Shown: piece by piece, positions 60,611 through 64,000 of the stretch
Position numbering within the stretch: the first letter of the stretch is position 1
Layout: the number at the start of each line of letters is the position of its first letter
DNA from: Macrostomum lignano
Lineage: Eukaryota
DNA: 64,000 bases
Direction of reading: 5' to 3'
Assembly: GCA_002269645.1 (NCBI GenBank)
Contig: NIVC01001217.1
Span: forward strand, 1-64,000
Notes under the pieces: model-generated
The model's database searches: none
What the model saw: the letters and a program-made list of their open reading frames with translations, nothing else
Told to the model about the DNA's origin: nothing
Program-made: the position numbers and the translations under genes

Positions 60611-61089
60611 GAGACATTCGCTAGTGCGCAGATGAGGCGTTTGATTAGTGCGTTTGAGTTAAAGTGGTTAGCAAGTTGCTACATTGCATTGAATTTCAAT
60701 AAACAAAATGAAAGCTCCTAAAGGGTTAAATGTTATTTGTTTTCGTTTGGGCAGAGAAACGAATTGTTGATGCTGTGCGGCAGTTTCATGACTGTTGGTT
60801 TTTTGTGTTTAAAAACGGGACTTTTCAAGTAAATAAAATATTGGTAATGCCTCTTGCTACTACTACTTCATGTAAGTAGTATAATTTAGATTCCTAATAG
60901 CCAGTTTTAGCTGACGCTGCAGGTTCTCAGAAGGCTGTAAGTACCTGCATGGTTTGCATCTTGCAGTCCTTTTTATGGCTGCAAAATATGAAATCTCCAT
61001 TTAGCTCGTATAGACAAAGGCGGTGAGTGAGTTCAAATTGTTCAAACTTGGGCGATTCGAATCAACCTTAAGCTAAGGAAGATCATATA

Positions 61090-62000
61090 TATAGATTCGA
61101 GTCTGGGGTCAGGGATTCGAGTCTGAAGTCAGGGATTCGAGTCTGAGATTAGGGATTCGAGTCTGAGATTAGGGATTCTAGTCTGAAGTCAGGGATTCGA
61201 GTCTGAAGTCAGGGATTCGAGTCTGAGATTAGGGATTCGAGTCTGAGATTAGGGATTCGAGTCTGAGATTAGGGATTCGAGTCTGAGGTCAGGGATTTTA
61301 GTCTGAGGTCAGGAATTCGAGCCTGAGATTAGGGATTCGAGTCTGAGATTAGGGATTCGAGTCTGATATTAGGGATTAGAGTCTAGAGTCAAGGCAAGGA
61401 TTCAAGTCTGAGATTAGGGATTCGAGTCTGGGATTAGGGATTAGAGTCTAGAGTCAAGGCAAGGATTCGAGTCTGAGATTAGGGATTCGAGTGCGAAGTC
61501 AGAGATTCGAACCTGGCGAGTCTGGGTCAGGGATTTGAGTCTGAAGTCAGGAATTCGAGTCTGAGATCAGGGATTCGAGTCTGTGATTAGGGATTAGAGT
61601 CTAGAGTCAAGGCAAGGATTCGAGTCTGAGATTAGGGATTCGAGTCTGAAGTCAGAGATTAAAACCTGGCGAGTCTGGGTCAGGGATTTGAGTCTGAAGT
61701 CAGGAATTCGAGTCTGAGATCAGGGATTCGAGTCTGGGATTAGGGATTAGAGTCTAGAGGCAAGGCAAGGATTCGAGTCTGAGATTAGGGATTCGAGTGC
61801 GAAGTCAGAGATTCGAACCTGGCAAGTCTGGGTCAGGGATTTAAGTCTAAGTCAGGAATTCGAACCTGGCGAGTCTGGGTCAGGGATTTGAGTCTGGGGT
61901 CAAAGGATTCAAATCTGGGGCCAGGGTTTTGAGTATTGAATCAAGGAATTTGATTATTGAGTCAAATACTTGAGTTTGGGGTCAAGGGATTCGAGTCTGG
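61090..62000. repeat. 20-bp minisatellite GGGATTCGAGTCTGAGATTA with higher-order variants
   Basis: Directly visible; decays toward 62000. Confidence 0.95.
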
Positions 62001-63569
62001 GATTTTGGAAAATCTGGAAAAAAAACATTTTTAGTATATGGATATGCATTCAAGTCTTCATAGTCGAACCGAAATTCGAGTTGGGGAATAGTGATTCAAC
62101 GGGGTGGTGGTTTATAGCTTTTTGCGATTAGAATCCTTCTCTAGCTGTCTTCAAGCATAGCCCCGCCCCAATTGCTACTCGAGTCCCGAATGTATTACCG
62201 CAGGTTTTAAACAGGTGTGCGTGTCAATTTTAATAGAAATCCACTCGACTACAGCTAGCTGAGAGCCGAGCGCTGTCCTGATCAGAAAACATCAACCTCC
62301 CTATCCTCTCAGTGCCCCGCGGCTACTCCATACCGGATTGGATGTCAAGCAGCCCCTGCTATTGGGAGCTTAGCTCTGGACTCCCCTTCCTCCTCTTGCC
62401 TCCCCACCCCACTCAATCCCCTTCCTGAATGCAGTGCATAATTCAGATCCCTGCAGTAAGTGAGCGCGGAACTAGGTGCGCTCGTGCTTCACTCGAGCTG
62501 CTGCTTGCTGCTTCCCGTCTTCTAGAAGCAATAGCTAGCTAGAAAATTTCTGCTCCCCCATCCATCCGGCCCTGCCCAGCTTGCGACTCTCAGCCAGTCA
62601 CTGCCAGAGCCGCGCAGTCTCCCCTGCATCGCCATATCTTCCTTCTATTGTCTGTCGCGCAACCCGCATTGCCGCCACCTGGCCTCTTCCCGGCTCCCTC
62701 CCTCCCTCTCTCTCAATTTCGGAGTCTCCAATCTGGTGACGATTGCCAGAGCAAAGCCAGAAAGTAGGCGAAGCGACCGCAGCAGCCTAACTTCAAATCG
62801 GTAAGTTTATATCGGTTACGCGGACGATCCTCACCCAGATCCTCAGTTTGATCCTCTCTCCGAATCCCCAGCTCTACAGTAGCTTTCAAATTCCCTCGGG
62901 CCACGATTGCCTCATCTCCTGTGGGATTCTGCTTAGAGCCTTTGTTTCCGCCTCCGGCTCGATCCCTTTTTGATCCCCATCCAGTAGTTCCCCTCGGAAG
63001 GTGTAAAGGTAAGGGCAGAAATCAATTTTTCAAACTAATTGCTGTTCGATCCCAATAGCCCTGCTCCTACGCGGAACAAAGCGTAGGGGATTAAATATAT
63101 CCGTGATTTGCACCAAATATAGATGTTAGTAAATTATTGCCATTCAACAGAGCCGACAACTAAAACAGGTCAGTTTAACTATCGAGCATCAGGAGTAGAT
63201 GTTGCTCTGAAAATGGACTCAAAAAATCATCCCAGCCGCCCCTTTAGCTAGTCTAAGGACTCAATGAAATTGAGAGTGCATGGCAGTGCGCGGATAAACG
63301 GGGGCAAGTCAACACGCAACGCAAGAGGACTAGAATCTTTCTATGCTGTCAATTTAAACAGCTTTTAGTTCCCACAGTCTCGTCGCATTTTTGCCAATTA
63401 ATTTAGCTCTTCTCCCTTTCTCACGCCCCACTCTCAGCGGCTCCTAAACTCGGGATGTGCAGACAAAGCAGATTCTTCACGCAAACCCCTCAGAGACTTC
63501 ACAAACCCGACTTCAAGAAACCATTTCCACCAACCCTCTCCACGCTTAGACATTCTACTTAAAATTGCA

Positions 63570-63885
63570 GGGCTTGTAGCCTAGTGGTCAGAGCGTGGGA
63601 CTCACGACTTGAGGGTCAAGGGTTCGATTCCCGATCCCACTGGAACAATTTGTGTCCTTGAGCAAGACACTTAACTCTGCATTGCTTCAGTTCACCCAGC
63701 TGTAAAATGGGTGCCAGCATTAGCTGGGGTAATTGAGGGTGTGTGTGGCGACCCCCCAGTCCTTGGACTGAACAGCCGTACGCAGCCTTCAGATGCGCCG
63801 CGCAATAGCTGCGGCTGAGCTGATCTGCCCACCAGGGCAGGTGTAATCAGATATATATTATTGTAATTATAATTATTATTATAGT
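63570..63885 (+). mobile_element. CORE-type (MIR-like) tRNA-derived SINE
   Basis: A box TAGCCTAGTGG (63577), B box GGTTCGATTCC (63621), CORE-like TGTGTCCTTGAGCAAGACACTTAAC..GCTTCAGTT..CTGTAAAATGGG (63651-63712), (ATT)n-rich tail. Confidence 0.85.
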
Positions 63886-64000
63886 TGCAAACAGAATTCC
63901 ACAGAGAGGGGGAGTCCTCCCTAAAGAGTCTGGGCATTCAATCAGCAGATAAACTATAGAAAACATGCTTCTCTACTACGAGTAACAAACACGCTTGCGG

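Overview
Eukaryotic (animal) genomic DNA: GC3-rich spliced exons lie in AT-rich spacers, and almost every long intron is filled by its own micro- or minisatellite. The gene content and invertebrate-type NMDA receptor suggest a lophotrochozoan such as a free-living flatworm (inference). Genes reconstructed by hand: (1) a GluN2/Nmdar2-like NMDA receptor subunit on the minus strand (13 exons in the window, running off the left end), with several single-base frameshifts confined to its 3' half; (2) a degenerate secreted Cys-rich/FTP-like gene at 27-28 kb, with a DNA-level duplicate of one exon at 53.4 kb and further cryptic minus-strand exons at 17-26 kb; (3) a C-terminal PDZ protein; (4) COX16; (5) a 559-aa LENG9-like protein with an N-terminal RWD domain, giving RWD + MJ1316 + 2H phosphoesterase (the best candidate for an undescribed system); (6) tRNA-Gln(CTG); (7) eIF2-alpha. 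Mobile DNA includes two LOA/R1-type LINE pieces, two or three tRNA-derived SINEs (one CORE-type, one nested in a LINE), a hAT transposase fossil, and MITE/foldback elements with 8- or 9-bp target-site duplications. Nearly all long ORFs in the supplied track are artefacts of tandem repeats. There is no CRISPR array or prokaryotic system. All domain calls are by eye and need HMM confirmation.
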